DNA of 64,000 nucleotides from Candidatus Dojkabacteria bacterium (lineage in GTDB: Bacteria > Patescibacteriota > Dojkabacteria > JAOAGR01): the NCBI GenBank assembly GCA_026415655.1, contig JAOAGR010000008.1:551-64550 (forward strand), read 5' to 3'. The notes below the pieces were generated by a model. It had not been told where the DNA came from. It did no database searches and saw only the letters and a program-made list of their open reading frames with translations. Below are positions 49,831 to 59,043 of this stretch, piece after piece. A program made the translations under genes and the position numbers. Position 1 is the stretch's first letter; every line of letters begins with the position of its first letter.

Positions 49831-51285
49831 TCATCTTTGTCTGTGAAAGATATTTCTTCTTGATCCATGTTTTTTTAGCACTCTTTGGGTTGTTTCAGAA
49901 TCTTTATAATGTTTTTTTAAAGAATATAAATAATCTTTCATAACTTTTGAATTCTTCTCATAATCACAAATAACTGGAATATATCCCTTTATACCGGTAT
50001 TTTTATTATTCAAAATCTCTTCATCTGGTATTTCTTCTAACTCAGGTAACCATCTACGAACAAATTTTAACTTCGGATCCTGATCCAAAAGTTGTTTATG
50101 TGGACTATAAACGCGTATTACATTAATTCCTACAACACCAGCTTGCATCTGTAATTGACTAATATGAATACCAGGTTCAAAATCTAAAAAAATACGCGCT
50201 AGCAGTTTATTTATATCACGCCAATCTAAATGCAACACATGGCAAGCAAAAGAGGTAACTAAAGACCTCATTCTGAAATTTAAAAAACCAGTTTTATGAA
50301 GACAAACCATACAAGCATCTACCAATGGAAACCCAGTCCGTCCATGATACCAAGCTTCTAATTTCTCTTTATCAAATTTATATGGGGGATTTTCAAATAT
50401 AGGATTTAGAGCATGAAATTCCATCTCTGGTTCCATCTCAAGACGTTGTATAAAATGATCTCTCCAGTACATCCTACCTAGAAAAGCATTTAAAGATCTT
50501 TGAAAAATGACATCATCACTTAATTCTTTTAATCTTTGTCTTGTTTTTTGTACTACGACTCTTGGCGATATAGTACCCCAAGCAAGATATACTGATAACC
50601 TTGAACCATGATAAAAAGCGGTATTTGGTGAACTAATACTTTTTTGATAAAGTCTCCCACGATATTTTAAAAAGGTATCAAGAGTTTTATGGGCTTTTTT
50701 TTCACTAACTTTTTGAAGTAAATCACAATCAAAATTATCAATTAGTTTTTGTTTTAAATAATCAATATCTAATGTATTTTGCCTAATATAATCTAGAGGT
50801 ACTTTTATCATATCAGGGGCTGGGACAATGTGTTGAGCCATAAAAGACTCCCATAATCCTTGCCATTTATCCCTATTTTTCAGTCCACGAAATACACCTG
50901 TTTGGGAATATTCATTAAAAACAATCCTATTTGACTTAGCCCATTTTCTTAGTTTCTTATCTCTTTTGAATGTTTCATCCACTCCAATCTCTTCATGTGC
51001 AAAAATGTAGGAAATATTAAAAGATTTAAGTATCTCTTCTAATACAAAAATAATATCACCATCTTTTATTAAAATATCACCACCAATTTTCCTAATATTA
51101 TCCTGGAGGTCACGCAGAGCAGAGAGCATTGCGTCAAGATGAAATCTAGAAGTATATTCACTATTCAAAAGGATATCCTCAAAAACAAAAAGTGGAATTA
51201 CCTGTTCACAATGTCTAACTGCTTGGTACAGAGCTTCATTGTCTAATAATCTAAAATCACGTTTTATAATCCAAACTCCCAACAT
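49831..51285 (-). CDS. phr: Deoxyribodipyrimidine photolyase / cryptochrome family protein
   Basis: N-terminal alpha/beta domain (VWIIKRDFRLLDNEAL). FAD-binding region GRTGFPLVDACMVCLHKTGFLNFRMRSLVTSFACHVLHLDW matches TGYPIVDAAMRQL..TGWMHNRLRMI.ASFL. Confidence 0.85.
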   Translation of the reverse strand: MLGVWIIKRDFRLLDNEALYQAVRHCEQVIPLFVFEDILLNSEYTSRFHLDAMLSALRDLQDNIRKIGGDILIKDGDIIFVLEEILKSFNISYIFAHEEIGVDETFKRDKKLRKWAKSNRIVFNEYSQTGVFRGLKNRDKWQGLWESFMAQHIVPAPDMIKVPLDYIRQNTLDIDYLKQKLIDNFDCDLLQKVSEKKAHKTLDTFLKYRGRLYQKSISSPNTAFYHGSRLSVYLAWGTISPRVVVQKTRQRLKELSDDVIFQRSLNAFLGRMYWRDHFIQRLEMEPEMEFHALNPIFENPPYKFDKEKLEAWYHGRTGFPLVDACMVCLHKTGFLNFRMRSLVTSFACHVLHLDWRDINKLLARIFLDFEPGIHISQLQMQAGVVGINVIRVYSPHKQLLDQDPKLKFVRRWLPELEEIPDEEILNNKNTGIKGYIPVICDYEKNSKVMKDYLYSLKKHYKDSETTQRVLKKHGSRRNIFHRQR

Positions 51286-51319
51286 ATGATATAATCAAAT
51301 CTGGTATATTATATAAGAA

Positions 51320-51404
51320 GACGAGATGGTGGAACTGGTAGACACGCTACCTTGAGGGGGTAGTGCTTCGCGGCGTGGGGGTTCAAGTCCCCCTCTCGTC
51401 ACCA
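51320..51404 (+). tRNA. tRNA-Leu (anticodon GAG), type II
   Basis: GACGAGA acceptor, anticodon loop TTGAGGG, long variable arm, GGGGG-TTCAAGT-CCCCC T-arm, encoded CCA. Confidence 0.8.
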
Positions 51405-51432
51405 AGAAGGGTTATTAATGTAAATGATGTAA

Positions 51433-53262
51433 TTGATGTCAAATAAAAAAAAATTTCGTCATAAGAACAAAAGACATTCGAATAATATAAACAGACGAAA
51501 TAAAAATAATTACAAAGAGAGAGAAAACTATCATTCTCAACGGGAAAAATTTAGAATTAATAGTGCCACCAATTGGGGGGAGAATAGTACTTATCAATTT
51601 CAAAGGTCTGACTCCGAACCGGTAAAAATTATCCCAATAAATGGTCTAGAGACTGTGGGTACAAATTGTACCTTAATACAGTATAAGGATGATATCATAA
51701 TCATTGATCTAGGTCTCGGACTTGCTGAATATAATCTCCCGGGCGTTGATGCGGTAGTACCGAATTTATCATATCTAGATGATAAAAAAGATAAAATACG
51801 TGGAATTATCATAACACACGGCCATACAGACCATATAGGTGCATTACAATATTTATATGCAGAACTTGGTTGTCCACCGATCCACGCTCCGCGAATGGCG
51901 TCAGAAATGATAAAAGATAAGTTCGAAGAAGCTAAATTAAAAGATAAGCTTAAAATAAACCAAATAGATGAAAATTCAAGTTATTATTTGGGTATATTTC
52001 GGATACAACATTTCCGGATGACACATACAATCATGGATAACTATGGTGTAGCTATTGATACTCCGCACGGCAAGATAGTTACACCTAGCGATTATAAATT
52101 TGATTTATCACCGTACAAAGAACCTCCATCAGACTATTCAAGACTTGTAAAACTTGGCGATGAAGGCGTGCTGCTACTTTTAGACGAATCAACAAGCGTC
52201 AAAAAACCGGGCTGGGCTCCATCAGAAACGACAATAGCAAAAGATTTAGAAGAGATTATTCGTACAGCACCAGGTAGACTAATCATAGGACTTTTCTCCA
52301 CAATGATTAGCCGAGTGCGACAAATAACAGAAATCGCATTCAAATATAATAAAAAGATCGCAATATTAGGCAAAAGTATAAAAACAAACCTTGATATAGC
52401 CCATAGACTTGGTTATATTAATGTAAGTAGCAGTACTTATATATCTCCAAAGGAAATTAACAAATACCCTGATAATCAGATAATAATACTTTCTACAGGA
52501 TCACAAGGTGAACCAGATTCGGCACTTATCAAATTAGCCCAGAATGAATACAAAAATGTCTATCTCAAACCAACCGATACCGTGCTATTTTCATCATCAA
52601 GAATACCAGGTAACGAGCTCAGAATTGATGCCTTGATAAATGAATTAGTTTTGAAGGGATGTAAAGTAATCACCAGTGAATATATGATGGTTCATGCATC
52701 CGGCCATGGATGTAAAGAAGATCATAGACTAATGATAACTCTCACACGACCTAAGTTTGTTATGCCAATACATGGTGACCCATCAATGCGTCAAGCAAAC
52801 AAAGACCTACTTTTGGAGATGGGATATAGGTCAGATGAGGTAATTCTAGTCAATAATGGACAAATAGTTGAATTATGGAGTGATAGATGGCAATTAGGTG
52901 ATAGTGTCGATGTTTCACCTCTATGGATAGAAGGCTATAAATTAGGTAAATTTGATAGTAACATAGTAGAAGAGAGAAAAGCTTTAATAAATGACGGACT
53001 ATTAAGCATAACTATTAAACTAAGAAATAATAATGGTAAGTATCAAACAGAAAACATCCAAGTCCAAACAGTAGGAATGTTTATAGAAATACATGACAGT
53101 TATATTAAACAAGAGCTCAAGCATGAAATTATCAATCAAATAAGTCAAATTAATAGCAATGTATCGACTGAATTTTTTATCAAAACAATTAGACATTTTG
53201 TATTACAGAAAATAAGAGAAAAATATAATAAATCACCATATATTTTAATAACTGTCATCTGA
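51433..53262 (+). CDS. rnj: Ribonuclease J (beta-CASP metallo-beta-lactamase RNase)
   Basis: HxHxDH motif IIITHGHTDHIGAL and the downstream beta-CASP motifs (LLLDEST..., MVHASGHG). The N-terminal 60-aa basic K/R/N-rich extension is unusual. Confidence 0.85.
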   Translation: MMSNKKKFRHKNKRHSNNINRRNKNNYKERENYHSQREKFRINSATNWGENSTYQFQRSDSEPVKIIPINGLETVGTNCTLIQYKDDIIIIDLGLGLAEYNLPGVDAVVPNLSYLDDKKDKIRGIIITHGHTDHIGALQYLYAELGCPPIHAPRMASEMIKDKFEEAKLKDKLKINQIDENSSYYLGIFRIQHFRMTHTIMDNYGVAIDTPHGKIVTPSDYKFDLSPYKEPPSDYSRLVKLGDEGVLLLLDESTSVKKPGWAPSETTIAKDLEEIIRTAPGRLIIGLFSTMISRVRQITEIAFKYNKKIAILGKSIKTNLDIAHRLGYINVSSSTYISPKEINKYPDNQIIILSTGSQGEPDSALIKLAQNEYKNVYLKPTDTVLFSSSRIPGNELRIDALINELVLKGCKVITSEYMMVHASGHGCKEDHRLMITLTRPKFVMPIHGDPSMRQANKDLLLEMGYRSDEVILVNNGQIVELWSDRWQLGDSVDVSPLWIEGYKLGKFDSNIVEERKALINDGLLSITIKLRNNNGKYQTENIQVQTVGMFIEIHDSYIKQELKHEIINQISQINSNVSTEFFIKTIRHFVLQKIREKYNKSPYILITVI

Positions 53263-53353
53263 AATCGATATAATTTACAAATTGTAATTTTGTTTATCAG
53301 CATGGTAAAATTTTGAGTTTATAAAAATAATTTATTTGTGTTAAAGTAGGACT

Positions 53354-54208
53354 ATGAAAGTGGGGATAATATGTAATAAAAAGAATAAAACAATTAATCG
53401 AATTTCTGAAGAACTAGAAAAATTAGGCCATGAGTGTTATAGATTGTATTTGAAAGATTTTATATTTTCTATAGAAAACAACGAAAACTTTACTATCTCC
53501 CACCGTAAGAAAGAGATCAATGACATTGATATATTTTTTTTCAAATTTAATACAGATAATCATAGTCTTCAATCGATTCTGGAATTTATAGAGTCTAGAA
53601 ATAAAAAAGTTATTAATGGACAAAATACTACATATTTGACCAATTTTTATCTATTTCACGCACTCGTGAGAAATCATATAAAAGTAATAAATCTATATCA
53701 TACTGCAGGACTTAGGGCAGCACGCGATGTACTCATTGATTTAGAGCATCCAATAATGATTTTGCCATTTGAAGGTAAAGAAACACGCGCAGAGATATCG
53801 GATGACTGGACCGAGTCATTTGATGTAGTCAAGTCAGAAAAAATTAAAATTTTTGATTTTTTAGAAATACCAGAAAATATATATAAAACCGGAACTTATA
53901 ACACATCTATCATTGTCAATAATAAAATCATTTTCAATGCGGAGGTAAGTACAAAAGACAAACTCCTCTGGGCTAGCACACTCAAAAAATATAAAACTAT
54001 CGAACCAACAGAAACAACTGTAAACCAATTGCAAAATATAATGTCATTATTGGAACTAGATATATGTCAAATTGATTTTTATATTGACGAAAATTCCAAT
54101 GAAATAATTGTACTTAACATAAGTTTATTTCCATCAATCTACAGTATTGAAAATAAATTTAAAGTCAATTTAGCACGAGAAATCGCTGAATTTATAGTTT
54201 CAAAATGA
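53354..54208 (+). CDS. Hypothetical protein with an ATP-grasp-like layout (RimK/glutathione-synthetase-like). The assignment is tentative.
   Basis: Pre-ATP-grasp-like start [27 protein letters not shown]. Later segments are loosely collinear with RimK. The stop overlaps the uvrB start (ATGA). Confidence 0.35.
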   Translation: MKVGIICNKKNKTINRISEELEKLGHECYRLYLKDFIFSIENNENFTISHRKKEINDIDIFFFKFNTDNHSLQSILEFIESRNKKVINGQNTTYLTNFYLFHALVRNHIKVINLYHTAGLRAARDVLIDLEHPIMILPFEGKETRAEISDDWTESFDVVKSEKIKIFDFLEIPENIYKTGTYNTSIIVNNKIIFNAEVSTKDKLLWASTLKKYKTIEPTETTVNQLQNIMSLLELDICQIDFYIDENSNEIIVLNISLFPSIYSIENKFKVNLAREIAEFIVSK

Positions 54209-56358
54209 TAAAACTGCAAAAAAAGTTTAAGCTGGTAAGCAATTTTAAACCTACGGGAGATCAACCACAGGCGATAGAGAAATTAACTAACGGAATACTA
54301 GAAGGCCGTAAACATCAAACACTTTTAGGTGCAACAGGTACAGGAAAAACCTTTACGATGGCAAATATTATAGCCAACGTACAAAGGCCAACTCTGATTT
54401 TGGCTCATAATAAAACACTAGCCGCACAACTGGCAAGTGAATTTAGAGAATTTTTTCCAGAAAATGCTGTGAGATATTTCGTCAGCTATTATGACTATTA
54501 TCAACCAGAGGCTTATAAGCCTTCAACAGACACTTATATAGAAAAGGAAGCGCAAATAAACGAAGAAATAGAAAAATATCGCAACGCTGCTACTCAAAGT
54601 CTGTTGACAAGAAATGATGTGATTATAGTCGCATCAGTATCTTGTATTTACGGTCTTGGATCACCAGAAACTTACGATGCTTTAGCCTTTGAAATAAAAA
54701 GGGGACAAATATTTGAACGAAATAAGTTGCTTAGAAGATTTGTCGATCTGCTATACACACGCAATGATCTAGAATTAAAAAGGTCCAATTTTAGAGCTAA
54801 AGGCGATATAGTAGAGATCTTTCCATCATACGAAGATAATGTCATCAGAATAAGCTATTTCGGTGACGAAATAGAAAGTATAAAAATCATAGATCCATTG
54901 ACTGGGGAGATAATCGATGAACCAGAGGGAGTTAGTATATTTCCGTCAAATCATTATGTAACACCATTTGATATATTGAAAGAGAAAATACCAATTATCC
55001 GAAAAGAGTTAGAAGAACGAATAAAATTTTTTAAGAGTCAAAATAAATTATTAGAAGCTGAACGAATCAAACAAAGAACAAACTATGATATTGAGATGCT
55101 AGAAGAAGTGGGATATTGTAGGGGGATAGAAAATTATTCACCGATTATCGAAGGTAGATCTCCGGGTGAGCCACCATCTACACTCTTGGACTATTTTCCT
55201 GACGACTATCTAATGTTTATAGATGAATCGCATATTACATTGCCCCAAGTCAGAGGCATGTATCATGGTGACAGATCAAGAAAACAAACTTTAGTAGAAT
55301 ATGGTTTTAGGCTCCCATCGGCAATGGACAATAGACCTTTGAATTTTTCTGAATTTCAAAAACGCATTAATCAAGTAATTTATGTATCCGCAACTCCCCA
55401 AGAATACGAACTTATAAATTCTATAGAATCAGCTCAAAAACTCTATCCTAACCCAAAAATCACTGATATTTTATCGGCAGCAGCACAAAATACGAATGAA
55501 GAAAAGAAAAAATCAAAACTATATAACGAAATAATAACTAAACTTGATTATGAAGACCATAAAATCACTGGCATAGCCCAGCAGATTATCAGACCAACGG
55601 GACTTTTAGATCCAAAGATAGAGATACGGCCTATCATGGGGCAGATCAAAGATCTAGAAAAAGAAATTCAAATAAGAAAGAGTAGGGGAGAAAGAGTACT
55701 TGTAACAACTCTTACCAAAAGAATGGCAGAAGAGCTTACGGCTTATCTTAAAGAAAATGGATTTAATGTACAATATTTACATTCTGATGTAGAAACTATC
55801 GAACGTGTAGAGATCCTTAGAGATCTTAGATTAGGAGTATTTGATATTGTTGTTGGAATAAATCTGTTACGTGAGGGGCTGGATCTACCCGAAGTGTCAC
55901 TTGTTGCAATACTTGATGCAGACAAAGAAGGTTTTTTACGCAATCAGACATCCTTGATACAAACAATAGGTCGTGCCGCAAGGCACCCAAATGGCTATGT
56001 CATCATGTATGCTGATTACATCACAGATTCTATGAGACTCGCCATTGAAGAAACAGAGCGCCGCCGCAGGATACAGGAAGAATACAATCGCATTAATAAT
56101 ATCACACCAAAACCCATCATCAAAAAAGTAGAGGTACATTTACAAAGATCAGATGACAAAGGTAAAAGAGATAAAAGTGAAAAATCTCGTACAAAAGATA
56201 TTAATTTGCCAAAAAACCTAACTGGAGAGCAAATAGAGAAACTAATCGAAGAATACACACGCAAGATGAAAGAAGCCGCAGATAATCTAGAGTTTTTTAC
56301 AGCGGCGGAGTATAGGGATAAAATAGCGTCAATAAAAAATTATATAGTCAACAGATGA
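54205..56358 (+). CDS. uvrB: Excinuclease ABC subunit B
   Basis: Walker [15 protein letters not shown], helicase motifs (FIDESH, TLT...), and a C-terminal UVR domain ([16 protein letters not shown]). It ends with TGA. Confidence 0.9.
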   Translation: MIKLQKKFKLVSNFKPTGDQPQAIEKLTNGILEGRKHQTLLGATGTGKTFTMANIIANVQRPTLILAHNKTLAAQLASEFREFFPENAVRYFVSYYDYYQPEAYKPSTDTYIEKEAQINEEIEKYRNAATQSLLTRNDVIIVASVSCIYGLGSPETYDALAFEIKRGQIFERNKLLRRFVDLLYTRNDLELKRSNFRAKGDIVEIFPSYEDNVIRISYFGDEIESIKIIDPLTGEIIDEPEGVSIFPSNHYVTPFDILKEKIPIIRKELEERIKFFKSQNKLLEAERIKQRTNYDIEMLEEVGYCRGIENYSPIIEGRSPGEPPSTLLDYFPDDYLMFIDESHITLPQVRGMYHGDRSRKQTLVEYGFRLPSAMDNRPLNFSEFQKRINQVIYVSATPQEYELINSIESAQKLYPNPKITDILSAAAQNTNEEKKKSKLYNEIITKLDYEDHKITGIAQQIIRPTGLLDPKIEIRPIMGQIKDLEKEIQIRKSRGERVLVTTLTKRMAEELTAYLKENGFNVQYLHSDVETIERVEILRDLRLGVFDIVVGINLLREGLDLPEVSLVAILDADKEGFLRNQTSLIQTIGRAARHPNGYVIMYADYITDSMRLAIEETERRRRIQEEYNRINNITPKPIIKKVEVHLQRSDDKGKRDKSEKSRTKDINLPKNLTGEQIEKLIEEYTRKMKEAADNLEFFTAAEYRDKIASIKNYIVNR

Positions 56359-56682
56359 AATAAGTGATCATAAATATATTTTTAGGCGATAAACAATTTT
56401 TAATTCAAAAATTTTATCCTTCTTATCCGTATCCTCTTTGATGTCTCATCTTTATATTCTTCAGATAGTAAGGTAGTATAAAGTAGACATAATCAAAATA
56501 GATAACGATGAAAATTATTCCAATCTAAAAATATACATTCATATACAAACCCGACAACAAAATATTTATCATAGCTAAGCACTTAATCCGTATAAAAAGA
56601 TCTACTTGGTTTTAAATATTTAAGTTTACCCAATAAATCAAAAAATCTATACAGAGAAACTATTTTTAACTTTTCGAATTGT

Positions 56683-56712
56683 AAAAAAAGACAAGGTCCC
56701 AAAGACCTTGTC
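56683..56712 (-). terminator. Rho-independent terminator on the minus strand, downstream of the 56784..57347 gene
   Basis: Perfect 9-bp stem GACAAGGTC/GACCTTGTC with a 5-nt loop, followed on the minus strand by TTTTTTT (plus-strand A7 at 56683-56689). Confidence 0.7.
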
Positions 56713-56783
56713 TATGCCTTATTTATATAGACAAAATACACTATCTCCTACCATCTACCACTATAATGTCCATTCACAGGATC

Positions 56784-57347
56784 TCAATTTACGGAACCCC
56801 CATATTTTATTGTATACCCCCCTTCACCATTAGGCGTGGCAATGGTTAACTTCTCAATCTGTTCAGCTAACTCTTCCGGAAAACGTACAACCTGTACTAC
56901 TTGACCAGGTTTGACAAAATTAGGATTCCCGGTCTCATTTATATTTGGATCTAATTGGGCTAAATATCCCTGATATCCCACTTTACCTTCTTCTCCAAAG
57001 GCTCTCTCAAGTGCCATATTTATACCCTCACCGGGTTTTATTTCAATAGTCTCGATTTTACCTCCTAATGCTTCAATAATTTTTTGCAGATTAGGATCCT
57101 CTAAATTTGCATCCGGATTCTGATTTAAATATTCTACTAAGTCATTAACTGAAACTGTGTGTACACCAGGCTGCTCAACTTGATAATCGTATGGACCCCT
57201 CGAAACATCTGCTACTCCGCTCAATGCCTCACCAACAGGAGGTTGTTCAGCATTATATCCAGCACAAATAGCCCCTATGCCGTCGGAAACGGATCTACCA
57301 GCCCAAGTTCCAAGCAGTGCAAGAAGGACCGCTGAACCAACTCTCAA
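56784..57347 (-). CDS. Secreted hypothetical protein encoded by a GC-anomalous gene
   Basis: Signal peptide MRVGSAVLLALLGTWAGRSVS. The gene is visibly more G+C-rich than its flanks. I recognise no family. There is a weak resemblance to LysM-like PGQ motifs. Confidence 0.5.
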   Translation of the reverse strand: MRVGSAVLLALLGTWAGRSVSDGIGAICAGYNAEQPPVGEALSGVADVSRGPYDYQVEQPGVHTVSVNDLVEYLNQNPDANLEDPNLQKIIEALGGKIETIEIKPGEGINMALERAFGEEGKVGYQGYLAQLDPNINETGNPNFVKPGQVVQVVRFPEELAEQIEKLTIATPNGEGGYTIKYGGSVN

Positions 57348-57425
57348 ATGTAAATAATCCGAACGAAAATCTTATTAATATACGTAATTTTTACTTAAAA
57401 CCTTTCGCAATCCAATATGTATCTC

Positions 57426-58343
57426 TTATACGTTAATTAGCAACTCAAATCCATACCCCTTTCTAGATTTTAATATATCCTTAGAATAACCCAAATTAGT
57501 AATCTTCCTCCTCAACCTCGACATAAACTGATCTATAGCGTCCGCTGTGACTTCGTTTATACTTTTTTGCCATACTATTTTAGCCAACAGTTCTCTTGTT
57601 ATCATTCTGTTTTTTACTAAATATCTGAGGACGTTCACCTCTTTGAGAGTCAACTTATCTGACATAGATTCTATATCTTCAAACGTTATTGTTGTTTTTT
57701 TTGAAATTTCCTCTACTGATGTAGTTTCTCTTGATTTTTTCTCCTTATGATTTTCTTCGTTTATCTGATTATCTATTTGTGGAGTCGATACAATATCAGA
57801 TTTTTGATTTTGTACAGTATTATTAAGATTCTCAAATACATAATTGTAGACGTCAGAGATTTTACTTAATTTATTGACTTTATAAGTTTTTTCAAATATC
57901 AACACCAACCGTCTATAAATATCATTCAAAAAAAGTGAAGAATAGGTAATGTATAGTTTGTCAGGAAATATCTTACTATCCCTTTCATTTATGATAATCA
58001 ATCTAAAATTGTACTGCAGAGCAAAACCCATTATAAATCTGATTTTGATTTGATCAAGCTCTAGACATACCAAATATTTATTTTCTAGATTATGTTCTTT
58101 ATCTCTTGCTAATTTTGTTATTTCCTCTTCTAGATCTTCTAGATTTTTGTCATTTCTAAAATAACAAAACTCAAATTTAGAACAAATATCACGACAATTT
58201 TGTCTGTCAGAATTTAGTGTTAAATCGATAAAATACAAGATGTCAGTTTTATCTCCAATAAGCTCAATTGATTTCCTCTGATTTATTAAGGTCACGAATT
58301 TTTCTTGAAGTATCGTTATATCTTTATCTTTATTTGTCAGCAT
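57426..58343 (-). CDS. OmpR/PhoB-type winged-helix transcriptional regulator with a non-canonical N-terminal domain
   Basis: The C-terminal LTLKEVNVLRYLVKNRMITRELLAKIVWQKSINEVTADAIDQFMSRLRRKITNLGY...GYGFEL matches trans_reg_C (LT..E..LL..L......V.SRE.L...VWG.........VDVHI.RLRRKL...I.TVRG.GYRF). The N-terminal 170 aa lack the receiver DD...D...K pattern. Confidence 0.6.
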   Translation of the reverse strand: MLTNKDKDITILQEKFVTLINQRKSIELIGDKTDILYFIDLTLNSDRQNCRDICSKFEFCYFRNDKNLEDLEEEITKLARDKEHNLENKYLVCLELDQIKIRFIMGFALQYNFRLIIINERDSKIFPDKLYITYSSLFLNDIYRRLVLIFEKTYKVNKLSKISDVYNYVFENLNNTVQNQKSDIVSTPQIDNQINEENHKEKKSRETTSVEEISKKTTITFEDIESMSDKLTLKEVNVLRYLVKNRMITRELLAKIVWQKSINEVTADAIDQFMSRLRRKITNLGYSKDILKSRKGYGFELLINV

Positions 58344-58344
58344 A

Positions 58345-58367
58345 ACGTCATGATTATATCATGACGT
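58345..58367. promoter_or_regulatory. Perfect palindrome ACGTCATGAT-TAT-ATCATGACGT (minus strand ...GATATAATC...) with a TATAAT centre, 2 nt upstream of the regulator start codon
   Basis: 10-bp perfect arms with a 3-nt centre, seen directly in the sequence. On the minus strand the core reads ACGTCATGATATAATCATGACGT and is followed by TATG-ATG. Confidence 0.6.
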
Positions 58368-58443
58368 GCGGAGATAAACACTAACGATTATATCAATAAG
58401 AGGTTTAAAAAATTAAATTGTATTAATTTTCTCCTTGAACAAC

Positions 58444-59043
58444 CTAATGAATTAATAAGTAATTCGGTATATCAAATTCTTTATACTCATCAATCGAAGA
58501 TTTTTTTTTGATAATCCTACTAAAGCACTCCGCCTCCAGAAGAGCGTCCTCTAGCGCATTATGACTTTTTCTAATAACTCTTATTCCACAAAATTGAAGA
58601 ATATAATCAAGGCCGAGATTGGATCTCTTATCGTAGAGCGGTATTGGTATACCCAATTCTAAATGCTTCGAATAAACAATGCTATGTAAGTCTAAAATAC
58701 GATCACCAAATTTGTGATTTATACCTGACCTCTGACACTCTGCACGTAACCATTTAAGATCTACATGAACATTCTGTCCTGCAAGTGTCTGATTATCAAA
58801 CTGTTGAAGCCAACTAATGAAATCTACTAATATCTCTCGTGGCAATGGCTTATTTGTATCTTTGATTGATTCAATAGTAAAACCCGCCACTTCTAAAGCC
58901 TTTGGATCGATGTGACAGTCATCATAAGCTCTAGATTCAGCATAAAATCTTTTTTCTGGATTATCAAAAGATACTGCACCTATACTGAGTATCGATGACT
59001 TTTCAAAATTTAGGCTGGTGGCCTCAATGTCAACTACTATCAT
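58444..59043 (-). CDS. DEDDh 3'-5' exonuclease (DnaQ/RNase T/oligoribonuclease-like)
   Basis: Exo I VVDIEATS, Exo II GQNVHVDLKWL, Exo III HNALEDALLEAE. The start overlaps the secA stop (ATGA). Confidence 0.7.
   Translation of the reverse strand: MIVVDIEATSLNFEKSSILSIGAVSFDNPEKRFYAESRAYDDCHIDPKALEVAGFTIESIKDTNKPLPREILVDFISWLQQFDNQTLAGQNVHVDLKWLRAECQRSGINHKFGDRILDLHSIVYSKHLELGIPIPLYDKRSNLGLDYILQFCGIRVIRKSHNALEDALLEAECFSRIIKKKSSIDEYKEFDIPNYLLIH

Noticed and set aside
56784-57347. Assigning LysM or another peptidoglycan-binding function to the GC-rich secreted protein
   Set aside because: There are only vague PGQ-type resemblances and no full LysM consensus. I left it as hypothetical.
57426-58343. 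Calling the winged-helix regulator a canonical two-component response regulator
   Set aside because: The N-terminal domain lacks the conserved receiver acidic pocket and the Thr/Lys spacing. No sensor kinase gene is adjacent. So I annotated it only as an OmpR-type DNA-binding protein.
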